64,000 nt of DNA from a virus. Shown in pieces: positions 29,345-37,847 of this stretch (positions are counted from its first letter, which is position 1; every line of letters begins with the position of its first letter). The stretch is from IMG/VR virus record IMGVR_UViG_3300037264_006630, positions 120,944-184,943 of that record. One strand, 5' to 3'. The notes below the pieces were generated by a model. It was not told the origin of the DNA and made no database searches. It saw only the letters and a list, made by a program, of their open reading frames with translations. Both the position numbers and the translations under genes were made by a program.

Positions 29345-29582
29345 TCCCTGGGTCGCTACCAGAAGGGGTCGGCAGAGGCGGGGGTTGCAGCCCGTCCCGC
29401 GGCCCTGGGACAATGGCCCGAGGGGCGCGACCTCAGAGCCCGTCGATGTCGGAGTAGCTACCCGACCGCTCGACGGGTTCGGCACGTCCGGAGTCTTGCC
29501 CGTTGGCATCGGCGCCTGATAGGTTGTCGGCATCACACCGCTCGGGCCTCTGCGCAAGCAAGCTCTACTTCGGGCGGTCTTA
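29345..29582 (+). ncRNA. candidate structured non-coding RNA
   Basis: TTGACC-17 nt-CATGGT promoter at 29310-29338, then several long helices and a GCAA tetraloop; no convincing ORF. Confidence 0.5.
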
Positions 29583-29640
29583 TGGATGCGGGGGGAGGGA
29601 GGGACGTTGCGGCGCACGAGCACCGCGGCGACCCTGGGGT

Positions 29641-30333
29641 ATGCAGACCGATGACAAGTTGCGCGAGGCTGGCGCTGCGGCGCTGGCCAAGGCGATCGCG
29701 CTGTTCAACCTCGACGTGTGGGACCCTCCGATCCGCGACAAAAGGCCGGTCGCCGAGCGCTGGCGCGACGTCATCACCGACTGCATCGGCGGCGACGGCA
29801 AGGGCAACGGGCTCGCGTGGGGGTGGGAGGGTCGCTACGCCGGTGACGGTGACTACGAGTGGTGCGGCGCGCTCGCCGCGCGGTGCTGGCAGGAGGGCGG
29901 GCTCGTGAAGCAGGCGCGCACCGACTCGTGGTCGAGTTGCTACCGGCTCCAGCGGTGGGCGAGCTACCGCGCCGCGAGCGAGCGGGTACTCAACGCCAAG
30001 CCGAGCGTCGGCCCGTACCGGCTGTGCGTCGCGCTCGATGAGCATTCGACGCGGATCCCCGATGGCGTCGAGGTGCGCCCCGGTGACATCCTCATCGTGG
30101 GTGGCGTCGGCACCGGGCCCGGCAAGCACATCACGGTCATCGAGCGCTTCGATGAAGTTCGCCGCGTCTTCCTCACTCGCGAGGGCAACGGCGGTGGCAT
30201 CGGCCCCGACGGCAAGCGTCGGCAGGGCATCGTGCGCGGCGAGCGCCCCCTGGGTCTGCCGAGGGGCGCGGCGGAGCCCACGTACCATGCCCGCTGGCTC
30301 GTGCGCCCCGCGCCGAGCGACTTGACGCCGTGA
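29641..30333 (+). CDS. CHAP/NlpC-P60-type endolysin
   Basis: EWCGA (catalytic Cys), RPGDILIV, GKHITVI (His), TREGN. Confidence 0.75.
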   Translation: MQTDDKLREAGAAALAKAIALFNLDVWDPPIRDKRPVAERWRDVITDCIGGDGKGNGLAWGWEGRYAGDGDYEWCGALAARCWQEGGLVKQARTDSWSSCYRLQRWASYRAASERVLNAKPSVGPYRLCVALDEHSTRIPDGVEVRPGDILIVGGVGTGPGKHITVIERFDEVRRVFLTREGNGGGIGPDGKRRQGIVRGERPLGLPRGAAEPTYHARWLVRPAPSDLTP

Positions 30334-30334
30334 C

Positions 30335-30664
30335 CTACCGCGGGTGCTCGCTGCGGGACCGGCCGCAGTAGCCGCCACCGGGCGTGGCCAGCGAACAGCC
30401 GACGTAGGCACGGTCGCCGCTGGCGTAGCGGTTCTCGCCGGCCGAGAGGTAGCTGTGGTCGGCCAACGGCGGCGGGACCGGGATGGACGGGGCGGCCGTT
30501 GGAGCGATGGCCTGGAGGGCGATGCCCTGCATGTCGATCACCTCCTCACCGCCCTCGCGATGGAAGGCGTGCTGGTACCCGGCGGCCTCGAGCGCCGCTC
30601 GGACCTCGGCGTAGGCGGCCGGGCTGACCGGGAGGATGGCGTAGGTGCGGGTCATGCGGATCAT
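30335..30664 (-). CDS. hypothetical protein
   Basis: ATG 30664 with AGGAG RBS; 3' part of track ORF 30335..31087. Confidence 0.6.
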   Translation of the reverse strand: MIRMTRTYAILPVSPAAYAEVRAALEAAGYQHAFHREGGEEVIDMQGIALQAIAPTAAPSIPVPPPLADHSYLSAGENRYASGDRAYVGCSLATPGGGYCGRSRSEHPR

Positions 30665-31182
30665 CGTCGGCTCCTTCGCGTGTCGATCATGGTGATGTGG
30701 CCCTTGCAGATGGCGTAGAGCGCCCGGTCGATGGCGTATTGAGTGCGAGCCTCGGCCAACTCGCGGGTGACGGGCAGACCGAGCCAGGCGACGAGGTAGC
30801 GGACCTCCTGGCGCCAGCGCCGGCAGTGGCCGATGCGGGATGGCGTCGCTGCGTGGGCGAGCTCGTGGAGCAGGCTGGCCATCGCATCCCACGGCTCGCT
30901 CGCGGGGCCGGCCTGACCGGCGAAGATCTGGATGCACCCGACATCGGCGCGCCGGCCGTCGCTCATCTCGTTCCAGTGGATGCGGCCGAGCTCCGCGAAG
31001 GCGCCCTCTGGATCCGGGAAGGCGATGTGCAAGATCGTCCGCTCGGCGCGTCCATGTAGCCGAGGCCAGTTGCGAGCCACCCGCCACAGGGCCCGGATGT
31101 TCATCCCCCAGACCGTCCGCTGGGTGCGGATGGTCATGCGGTCGAGCGCCGCCGCCACGTCCATGGTCGCCGCGGCGCTCAC
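30661..31182 (-). CDS. SprT-like zinc metallopeptidase
   Basis: LLHELAHA..GHCRRWR (HExxH plus downstream His). Confidence 0.65.
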   Translation of the reverse strand: MSAAATMDVAAALDRMTIRTQRTVWGMNIRALWRVARNWPRLHGRAERTILHIAFPDPEGAFAELGRIHWNEMSDGRRADVGCIQIFAGQAGPASEPWDAMASLLHELAHAATPSRIGHCRRWRQEVRYLVAWLGLPVTRELAEARTQYAIDRALYAICKGHITMIDTRRSRR

Positions 31183-31865
31183 TCGTGGCCCGCGGCGACG
31201 CGCTCGGCGCGGATGGGGCAGCCGCGCTTGCGGCAGGCGTCCGCGTCGTCGTGGGCCATCGCTCCGCACTTCGCGCGCTCGCACCAGACGTACCCGCCGT
31301 CCTCCGACGACGCGAGGTAGTCGTGGCCCCTGGGTACGTCCAGCCGGGCGTCGCCGGGGTCGATGAACGAGAACAGGTTGATCACCTGCGCTGCCTGCCG
31401 CGGCGTCAGGGGCTTCTCGTCGAAGGAGACGCCCTCGCTCTCGCGCCCGCGCATCACCTCGTACATGTGCTCCATGCGGTCGCGGTAGTAGCTCTCGGTC
31501 CAGCGCTCGGGCGGGACGCGGATCTGCGTGAGGCCGTGCCAGAAGGTCTTGGCGTCCCGAACCTTCATCCGCTCGGCGGCGCCGGTCGGCTTCTTCTTCT
31601 GCCACTCGATGAGGGCATTGTAGAACCAGATGACCCACTGGTTGTGGCGTTGCGCGAGCTCGCAGAAGACCTTGTCGCTCACCCCGTCGCGCGGGACCGC
31701 CGTGTGGCCCCAATGCGGCGTGTCCTGCGTGCGCCAGGTCCGCTCGTACCCCAGGGAAGCCTCGACGAGCCGGACGTGGTCCTGGCAGCTCTTGACCGTG
31801 CCGGCCGGGACGGTCATGGCGCGGGCGATACCGGTCGAGAAATCGAAGAAGACGTGGTAGCTCAC
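31179..31865 (-). CDS. hypothetical protein with Cys-rich C-terminus
   Basis: coupled ORF with good codon bias; WCERAKC..C..RGC. Confidence 0.65.
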   Translation of the reverse strand: MSYHVFFDFSTGIARAMTVPAGTVKSCQDHVRLVEASLGYERTWRTQDTPHWGHTAVPRDGVSDKVFCELAQRHNQWVIWFYNALIEWQKKKPTGAAERMKVRDAKTFWHGLTQIRVPPERWTESYYRDRMEHMYEVMRGRESEGVSFDEKPLTPRQAAQVINLFSFIDPGDARLDVPRGHDYLASSEDGGYVWCERAKCGAMAHDDADACRKRGCPIRAERVAAGHE

Positions 31866-32119
31866 GTCGCCTCGGGGTCGGGATCGGCCGAGGCGAGAGC
31901 GGGAACGTAGCCCACGAGCTTGCCGAGGTAGTTGAAGCGCCGGGTGAGCCTGAGCAGGGCGGCCATGATCTTGTCGTACTGCGCCTTGTCCTCGCTGCGG
32001 TCGCAGCGCTGCTCGAGCGCGGTCACGGCCTGCGCGATGGTGTCGCCGTCCCGGTTGAGGTGGATCAGCGCCTTGCGGAGCTTGTCGTCCAGGGCTTGTG
32101 ACGGCGGTCCGGCGGTCAC
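31862..32119 (-). CDS. small coiled-coil hypothetical protein
   Basis: GTGA-coupled at both ends. Confidence 0.6.
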   Translation of the reverse strand: MTAGPPSQALDDKLRKALIHLNRDGDTIAQAVTALEQRCDRSEDKAQYDKIMAALLRLTRRFNYLGKLVGYVPALASADPDPEAT

Positions 32120-32472
32120 TGCGGACCCTTGCGCTCGGCGTCGCGCACGGCGGCGGCGAGTTGGGCCGCGGGGCTACGCGCCTTCGCGGCCTTCCGCTCC
32201 TTGGCGTGCCTGGCGATGGTGAACAGCGGGGCCATGGGACTGGTCTTGCCCTCCTTGGCGCGCGGCCACCACCAGTAGAGCGGGTACGAGATGCCGTAGA
32301 CCGCGATGGCCCACGGGATCGCGAACCACCAGAAGATCGGCGAGTGCGTCGACCGCAGGTAGATGCACAGCAGGATGCCGGGCCACTCGTCGAGGGCGAT
32401 GATCAGGCGTTGCTGCAACGATGTGATCGGCGGCGCGGCCGGCGGGTGGTGGTGGTGATGATCTGGATCCAT
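32116..32472 (-). CDS. small membrane protein with N-terminal His5
   Basis: MDPDHHHHHP, Trp-rich TM segments; ATG 3 nt after the tRNA discriminator base. Confidence 0.55.
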   Translation of the reverse strand: MDPDHHHHHPPAAPPITSLQQRLIIALDEWPGILLCIYLRSTHSPIFWWFAIPWAIAVYGISYPLYWWWPRAKEGKTSPMAPLFTIARHAKERKAAKARSPAAQLAAAVRDAERKGPQ

Positions 32473-32475
32473 GCG

Positions 32476-32547
32476 TACCCCGGGCCGGGATCGAACCGAC
32501 GGCCTGTGCCTGGTAAGGGCCACGCTCTGCCTCTGAGCTACCGGGGC
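32476..32547 (-). tRNA. tRNA-Val(UAC)-like, degenerate anticodon arm, no encoded CCA
   Basis: GCCCCGG TA GCTC AGAGGCA GAGC G TGGCC CTTACCA GGCAC AGGCC GTCGG TTCGATC CCGGC CCGGGGT A; acceptor, D and T arms intact. Confidence 0.8.
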
Positions 32548-32550
32548 GAA

Positions 32551-32576
32551 GCCACTGCCGCGGGGGCGGTGGCTGT
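32551..32576 (-). terminator. GC-rich hairpin just 5' of the tRNA
   Basis: GCCACCGCC-N5-GGCAGTGGC-TTC on the minus strand; weak U-tract. Confidence 0.35.
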
Positions 32577-32603
32577 CTACTCGTTCCTCCAACGGGTCGC
32601 CGA

Positions 32604-33503
32604 CTACTCGGTGCGCTTCATGGCGGCCTCCTTGCTCTCGACGGCAGTGGCAAGGCGAACCCAGCCGGCACAGCGCGGCCCGCCGGTTGCCCAGCACAGG
32701 GCGATGTTGCTGCGCACGTCGTAGTCGTTGCCGAGCTTGCCGGCCGTGCCCTCGTCGAGCATCGCCTGGGTGATGAGCTTGCGGCGGCACTTCGGGCAGA
32801 CCGTGCCGGCGCGAGCGTGAACCTCGGCCTCGACCTCGGGGGCGCTGGCGCGGAAGTCGAGAAACGTGTCCCGCATGATCCCGGGCCCGGTCCAGGCGTC
32901 GGCCGCGGCCTGGAGCTTCCGATCGATGACCGCCAGCGCGGCCTCGGCGTCATCGAGCCGGGCGCGCAGGAAGGCCAACTCGTCCAGGCGAGCGGTCTCG
33001 CTGGGCGGACCGGAATCGATCGTCCCGGCACCGGGCAGCGGTTCGGCGCCCGCGATCTCGGCCTGGAGGGCAGCCTGCAACTCGGCCACCGGGTCGTGAA
33101 CCCCTGCGCTCCCGGACGTCGCGATGGCGAGCATGGCGAGCTCGTGGGCGCTGGGATCGTTCACGCCACCAACAGCGGCGACGATGACCTCGATGGCCTC
33201 GGCGCCGGCTGCCACGGCACTGGCGAGATGCCCCTCGGAGACGAGGGTGCCGCGCAGCGACCTCGCCAACGCGGCGGCGCGCGCTGTCGAGGTGAGGGGC
33301 TGGACGGTCCACGGCACGCCGTAGCCGGCCCTGTCGAAGAGATCCACCAGATGGTCGTTGATCTGCTCGGCCAGTCGCCGCAGGTGCTGCAACAGGATCG
33401 TCAGGCCCCGGTCCATCCGGGAGCCCGGGGCGATGCGACGCAGAGCCGGGGCGTCGCCCTCGAGCGCGAGGCGGACCATACCGCCGTCATCGACGTGTTT
33501 CAT
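32604..33503 (-). CDS. hypothetical protein with C-terminal Cys cluster
   Basis: ATG 33503 lies 7 nt below a -10 box; CPKC..C..C. Confidence 0.6.
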   Translation of the reverse strand: MKHVDDGGMVRLALEGDAPALRRIAPGSRMDRGLTILLQHLRRLAEQINDHLVDLFDRAGYGVPWTVQPLTSTARAAALARSLRGTLVSEGHLASAVAAGAEAIEVIVAAVGGVNDPSAHELAMLAIATSGSAGVHDPVAELQAALQAEIAGAEPLPGAGTIDSGPPSETARLDELAFLRARLDDAEAALAVIDRKLQAAADAWTGPGIMRDTFLDFRASAPEVEAEVHARAGTVCPKCRRKLITQAMLDEGTAGKLGNDYDVRSNIALCWATGGPRCAGWVRLATAVESKEAAMKRTE

Positions 33504-33541
33504 GCGCCTGAACATACGCACGAACCACCAGCCCCGTCAAG
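33501..33541 (-). promoter_or_regulatory. repeated promoter-ATG cassette, copy 1
   Basis: CTTGACG-18 nt-TATGTT-CAGGCGC-ATG. Confidence 0.75.
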
Positions 33542-33544
33542 CAA

Positions 33545-33760
33545 TCAGCACCGCTCGCCCCACTCCTCGTCGCTGCAATCGCTGGCCTTGCAGTCGCAGT
33601 AGAGCCCGCCACTGCGCAGGATGCAGCACGTCTCGTGGAAGGACGGCGAGCCGTATGGCCAGCGGTCTGGCGGCACCGGGCGCAGGAGCCGGGCGCTGTT
33701 GGCGTTCAGGTCGGATGGGCGAGGGCCGGTCCATGTCGCTCGGTCGCTGATCACCACCAC
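33545..33760 (-). CDS. small Cys/His-rich protein
   Basis: HETCC..GLYCDCKASDC; fills the gap in the operon. Confidence 0.45.
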   Translation of the reverse strand: MVVISDRATWTGPRPSDLNANSARLLRPVPPDRWPYGSPSFHETCCILRSGGLYCDCKASDCSDEEWGERC

Positions 33761-34053
33761 CGCCCACGCTCCTCGGCATCCTCTTGGGCGACGAGGAAGG
33801 TGTGAAGGCAGTACGCCTCGGTGAACTTCGAGACGACGCGCAGGAAGACGGCGACCGGGATGGTCTGCGGCACGCCGTTGAGCGCGCCGGTACGGAGGGC
33901 GACCGCATCGACCGTGCAGGAGCCGGAGGGCAGGCCACCGGAGCCGCGGACAGCGGGCGTGAACTGGACCACGGCAGTCCCATCGAAGGCGCCGTCGTAG
34001 TGAACGCGAGCCTCCCCGAAGGGCGAGCAGTCGACGACGAGGGTGTGGGACAT
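33751..34053 (-). CDS. hypothetical protein
   Basis: ATG 34053; 3' part of track ORF 33751..34470. Confidence 0.55.
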   Translation of the reverse strand: MSHTLVVDCSPFGEARVHYDGAFDGTAVVQFTPAVRGSGGLPSGSCTVDAVALRTGALNGVPQTIPVAVFLRVVSKFTEAYCLHTFLVAQEDAEERGRWW

Positions 34054-34066
34054 GGCGGGGCTCCGG

Positions 34067-35224
34067 TCAGGCTGCGAGGTCGGAGACGTCGGGGAACTCG
34101 CGATGCGCCACGCCGTCGAGCTCCGGCATCTCGATGAGGCCGCCGGCCTTGAGCCGGGAGAACTCTCCCATGGAGATGCCGCCGCCGCTGGCGTCGTGCT
34201 CGGGCGCCAGGAGGGACCGCTGGTGCCGTTCCTGGCGCTCGGGGCCCTGCGCCTGCTTGAGCCAGAACGCGGTGCCCGTGTTGCGGCAGGCGTTGCGCAG
34301 CGCGCGCAGCCACTCCACGTCGCACGGCCGCGCGTTGGGCCCGCTCTCGCAACCTCCAATAATCCACGAGATTCCCTCGACGCCGAGCCAGTGGCCGGCG
34401 CTGCACTCGCAGTCGTGCTCGCTGCACCACGGTGTTCCATCGTCGGCGAAGGTGATGTGCTCGGTGCCATCGCCGTAGCCGGAGTCGATGCAGTGCTCGC
34501 ACCGCATGAGGTCGAGCTCCACCAACCCGAGCAGCGGTTCGCACGACAGGAACCGGATCACGGCCGGCGTCCGCAGGAGCTGGGGAACGCGCTTCTCGGC
34601 GGTGTCCTGGTTCTCGACGGACGTTCCGATCCACGCGTTCACCAGAGGCCACTCGATCTCGGCGGCCTGGGTGATGAACTTCGCGTTGTAGTCCGAGCGC
34701 TCGAAGTCGGGCCGCGCGATGCAGGCGTACTCCCAACACACCATCGCGTGCTCGTCGTAGTCGAGGGCCCGCCCACGCTCCTTCGCGCGCTGGGCGACCT
34801 TGGCGTCCAGCCAGGCGAACCACTCCGGCATGCGCGCGGTGCGCTTGGTGAGGAGTTGAAAGGTGTGCCGGCCGCTCGCCGCCATCACCCCGAAGATCGC
34901 GGCGATCTCCTCGTTCGTGATGTCCTCGTGGAACATGTCGGACATCGAGTCGACGAAGATCTTGCGGGGCTTGGTCCACGCCAGCGGGATCGACAGCCGC
35001 TCGGCGACGAACTTGACGACGCCGGTCCAGTGCGGCTTGCCGCCCTTGAGCTCGATCACGTCGTCGTAGAGCGTGTTCCCCATGCGCTTGATGCGCAGGG
35101 CCTGGCGCTCTGCGTAGCACCAGCGGCATCCTTCGCTCTCGTGCTCGCAGCCGATCGTAGGGTTCCACGTCTCGCCCTGCGAGCCGTCGTCACCCTGGGT
35201 CCACGAGATCTTGGTCTTGGTCAT
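34067..35224 (-). CDS. phage Gp37/Gp68 (DUF5131) family protein
   Basis: WNPTIGCEHESEGCRWCYA, IFVDSMSDMFHE, FQLLTKR, GTSVENQ, FLSCEPLLG, GCESGPNARP. Confidence 0.85.
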   Translation of the reverse strand: MTKTKISWTQGDDGSQGETWNPTIGCEHESEGCRWCYAERQALRIKRMGNTLYDDVIELKGGKPHWTGVVKFVAERLSIPLAWTKPRKIFVDSMSDMFHEDITNEEIAAIFGVMAASGRHTFQLLTKRTARMPEWFAWLDAKVAQRAKERGRALDYDEHAMVCWEYACIARPDFERSDYNAKFITQAAEIEWPLVNAWIGTSVENQDTAEKRVPQLLRTPAVIRFLSCEPLLGLVELDLMRCEHCIDSGYGDGTEHITFADDGTPWCSEHDCECSAGHWLGVEGISWIIGGCESGPNARPCDVEWLRALRNACRNTGTAFWLKQAQGPERQERHQRSLLAPEHDASGGGISMGEFSRLKAGGLIEMPELDGVAHREFPDVSDLAA

Positions 35225-35931
35225 GCGGGCGGTCCTTGGTCGAGCAGGCGGAATGTGAGCGCGAGGACGACCGGGTTGCTCGCCCACGATGCCGAGGTGT
35301 CGACCTCGGAGGTGAACTGGTTGACCCGGGGCCACGGCCGCGGCACTCGCACCCGCCGTCGTCCGTTCAAGGTGTCCCACAACTCGCCGAACCGCACCAC
35401 CGGATTGAACGTCTGCGCCGCGTCGGTCCAGGGCTCGATGCCCTCGGCGTAGGCGTCGGCCTCGCTGATCGAGCGCACCCGCTGGACCCGGAGGTCGGTG
35501 AGCTCGAGGCTCATGCGCGAGGCCCACCGCGGCATGAAGCGCGGCGACTTCCAGCGGGTCCAGACGTGGAAGTTGCCGGGGTCGCGCGGGTCGTGCCCGT
35601 CGGCCTTGAACATCATGTAGTGCCGCGACCGTCCGCGCTGCTCCGGGTCGGCGCCGTTGATGTCCTCGCGCTCGGCGAACGTCTCGCGGACCCACAGGGT
35701 CCCGCCAACCGCGCCGAATGGGCTGGTGATCGGGATCGTGGTGGTGCCCCGGGCGTCTTCGTGAACGAGCCCGCCGTACCCGTCCTTGCCGACCTGCACG
35801 GTCCAGTCGAAGCGGTCGAACAGCCTGGCCTCGTGCTCGTTGAGTCGCAGGACGCGGCGGCTCTGGACCTTGGTCCCGACCCGGATCTTGGGGATGGAGT
35901 CGCCGGTGAAGACGATCGGATACTCGGTCAC
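35221..35931 (-). CDS. ASCH-like phage protein
   Basis: GTKVQSRR, PFGAVGGTLWVRETF, MPRWASRMSLELTDLRVQRV, WASNPVV. Confidence 0.75.
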   Translation of the reverse strand: MTEYPIVFTGDSIPKIRVGTKVQSRRVLRLNEHEARLFDRFDWTVQVGKDGYGGLVHEDARGTTTIPITSPFGAVGGTLWVRETFAEREDINGADPEQRGRSRHYMMFKADGHDPRDPGNFHVWTRWKSPRFMPRWASRMSLELTDLRVQRVRSISEADAYAEGIEPWTDAAQTFNPVVRFGELWDTLNGRRRVRVPRPWPRVNQFTSEVDTSASWASNPVVLALTFRLLDQGPPA

Positions 35932-36149
35932 GGCGACGGTTCCTCGATGGTCATCAGGTCGGCGACCTTCGCGCGCAACGCCAGCGCCTCGGCGCGCCAG
36001 TTGTGCTCCTCGCACAGCCCACCGTACGCGCGCCAGCACAGCGACAGGCAGCGGTCGCACTCGCAGCCGCCGGGACAGGCGTCGAAGTCGGCCGGGGTCG
36101 CATGGGGCTTGTCGCAGCGATGGCAGTTGTCCGGGACGGGCTTGCTCAT
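35928..36149 (-). CDS. small Cys-rich protein
   Basis: CHRC..CPGGCECDRCLSLC; coupled. Confidence 0.55.
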   Translation of the reverse strand: MSKPVPDNCHRCDKPHATPADFDACPGGCECDRCLSLCWRAYGGLCEEHNWRAEALALRAKVADLMTIEEPSP

Positions 36150-36322
36150 GCGGCCTCGAGATCGTCGGTGTAGAACCAGCGGTGGCGGTTGTTTCCGAGA
36201 ACGACCAGCCGCTGGCTGGTCGCGGGCGACGTGTCGATGATGACGCCGCGCAGCTTGCGGGCGTTCTTGGAGCGGACGTAGGCGCCTACGGGCAGATCCT
36301 CGGTCGGCTCGGGGCCGGTCAC
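36146..36322 (-). CDS. small hypothetical protein (58 aa, SH3-like pattern), absent from the ORF track
   Basis: own translation: MTGPEPTEDLPVGAYVRSKNARKLRGVIIDTSPATSQRLVVLGNNRHRWFYTDDLEAA; ATGA coupling to 36149. Confidence 0.55.
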   Translation of the reverse strand: MTGPEPTEDLPVGAYVRSKNARKLRGVIIDTSPATSQRLVVLGNNRHRWFYTDDLEAA

Positions 36323-36583
36323 GCCAGCACGCTCCTCGCCCGGACGCGGAGTCCCTGAATCTCGAGGCGTCGGCAGATCACCAGCACGGTGTCCGCGTGG
36401 TCTTGTGCCACCACCTCGGCCGACAGCGGCTCCAACGTGACGATGGCGAAGTCCCGGAAGTAGAGATCACCTGGCTGACGTAGGCGACCTGGGCAAACCG
36501 AGCTCCCATGTACAGGTCAACCACCACGGCGACGATCATGTCCCTGGTCATGACCGCCATCCCGACCGACAGAGCGGACAAGG

Positions 36584-36925
36584 TCAAGGATTCCAGCCCT
36601 TCGGTGCCCGCCAACCAGCGGCCAGGGCGGTCGTGGCCCACTCCGGCCAGGGTCGGTTGGTCGGGTGCTTGTAGGCGGTGTTGGCGACCTTCCGAGCGGT
36701 GTCGGCATCCTTCTCCCTGTGCCAGTAGAACCCCGTACGGTCCTTGCCGTCCGGCGTCACCGTGGCGGCGGCCTCGCTTGCGACGCGGTGGTTTCGGCCA
36801 GCGTCATCGCAGGCGTCGCCGAGACAGAGCCCCTCCTCGCGACCATCAGCGCCGTCGACCTCCCAGCACACGCGGTGTTGGTAGTGCTCTCCGGCCACCA
36901 TGTAGACGATCAGACGGTCCGCCAT
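36584..36925 (-). CDS. hypothetical protein
   Basis: ATG 36925 with GGAGG RBS. Confidence 0.6.
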   Translation of the reverse strand: MADRLIVYMVAGEHYQHRVCWEVDGADGREEGLCLGDACDDAGRNHRVASEAAATVTPDGKDRTGFYWHREKDADTARKVANTAYKHPTNRPWPEWATTALAAGWRAPKGWNP

Positions 36926-37309
36926 GCGGCCTCCAGATACGCGGCGTCCCGGAGCTTGCCGGACAGGCCGTGCCTGGCGAGCAGGGTGACGATGTCCGTC
37001 ATGGCTTCCGTGGACGGCACGATCCACGCGAGACGCCGCAGGTGTGCAGGTCGAGTCCGTGACGCTCGGCTTCGTCGACCAGAGGGTCGATGTGGTGGAT
37101 GTTGTCCGAGGTCGCCCACAGGTCGATGAGACGTTGATGGATGACCTCGGCCGGTTCGTCCATCAACTCGACCACAACGCGGTAGCCCAGACCTCCGGCG
37201 CTGTGCGCGCAGGTTGTAGACGGCGAGCGTCGGGTACCCGAAGGCGAATGCTTCCGTGTGCTCGGGCGGGCTCGGCGATGGCTTGGGTGCGGATCGGTGC
37301 GCCATCGGA

Positions 37310-37543
37310 TCAGCCTTCATCCGGCGGCGGCGCGAGCTCGCCGGGCGCGAGCTCGCCGGGCGTGACCACCGACCACCGACCGCCGGTGCTCACGATCCGC
37401 CCGGCCTTGCGGAGCCGCAGAACGGTCCGGTCGTACCTGGGCATGCTGAGACCGGTCACTTCCTGGATCTTGGCCGCCTTGTCCGCACCGCCCGCGATGG
37501 CTTCGCAGACCAGATCCTCGTCCTCTTCGCTTCGCGTTTTCAT
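37310..37543 (-). CDS. small winged-helix DNA-binding protein
   Basis: IAGGADKAAKIQEVTGLSMPRYDRTVLRLRKAGRIVSTGGRW. Confidence 0.65.
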   Translation of the reverse strand: MKTRSEEDEDLVCEAIAGGADKAAKIQEVTGLSMPRYDRTVLRLRKAGRIVSTGGRWSVVTPGELAPGELAPPPDEG

Positions 37544-37580
37544 GCGCCTGAACGTACGCGCGAACCACGCAGTCGTCAAG
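37541..37580 (-). promoter_or_regulatory. repeated promoter-ATG cassette, copy 2
   Basis: CTTGACG-17 nt-TACGTT-CAGGCGC-ATG. Confidence 0.75.
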
Positions 37581-37589
37581 TGCTCAGGT

Positions 37590-37847
37590 TCATCGCCGGG
37601 GGCCGACGTGGTCGCCGTTCACGATCCGGACGAAGTCGGGGAAGTGCAGATAGCCAGCGACCTCGGGCGGGAACAGAGCGATGAGGGTCTGCGCCGCCGC
37701 AGCGACAACGGGCTTGCAGGTGGCGCAGATCCACTCAAGCTCGAGCCCGTTCCGCACGTTGGCGATGTGGGTGGCGCCGTGCTCGCGGCCTTCGCGAACA
37801 CTGCTGAACTCCCCGATCTCGGCCTTGCAGACGATGCAGTGGATCAC
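37590..37847 (-). CDS. small zinc-finger protein
   Basis: CIVC...CATC. Confidence 0.55.
   Translation of the reverse strand: MIHCIVCKAEIGEFSSVREGREHGATHIANVRNGLELEWICATCKPVVAAAAQTLIALFPPEVAGYLHFPDFVRIVNGDHVGPRR

Noticed and set aside
29326-29365. HDV-like ribozyme (GGCATGGT..CCC-TCTCCCT-GGG)
   Set aside because: P1 and P3 can be drawn, but the GG needed for P1.1 and a P2 partner are missing; the segment is better explained as the -10 box and transcript start.
32472-32547. tRNA as the attB/attP of an integrated prophage
   Set aside because: It lies in the middle of a phage operon, with no duplicated 3' end and no integrase nearby.
37330-37365. 15-bp tandem duplication (PGELA x2); also (KRTAL)x3 at about 54298-54345
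   Set aside because: Short in-frame low-complexity peptide repeats with no sign of function at DNA level.
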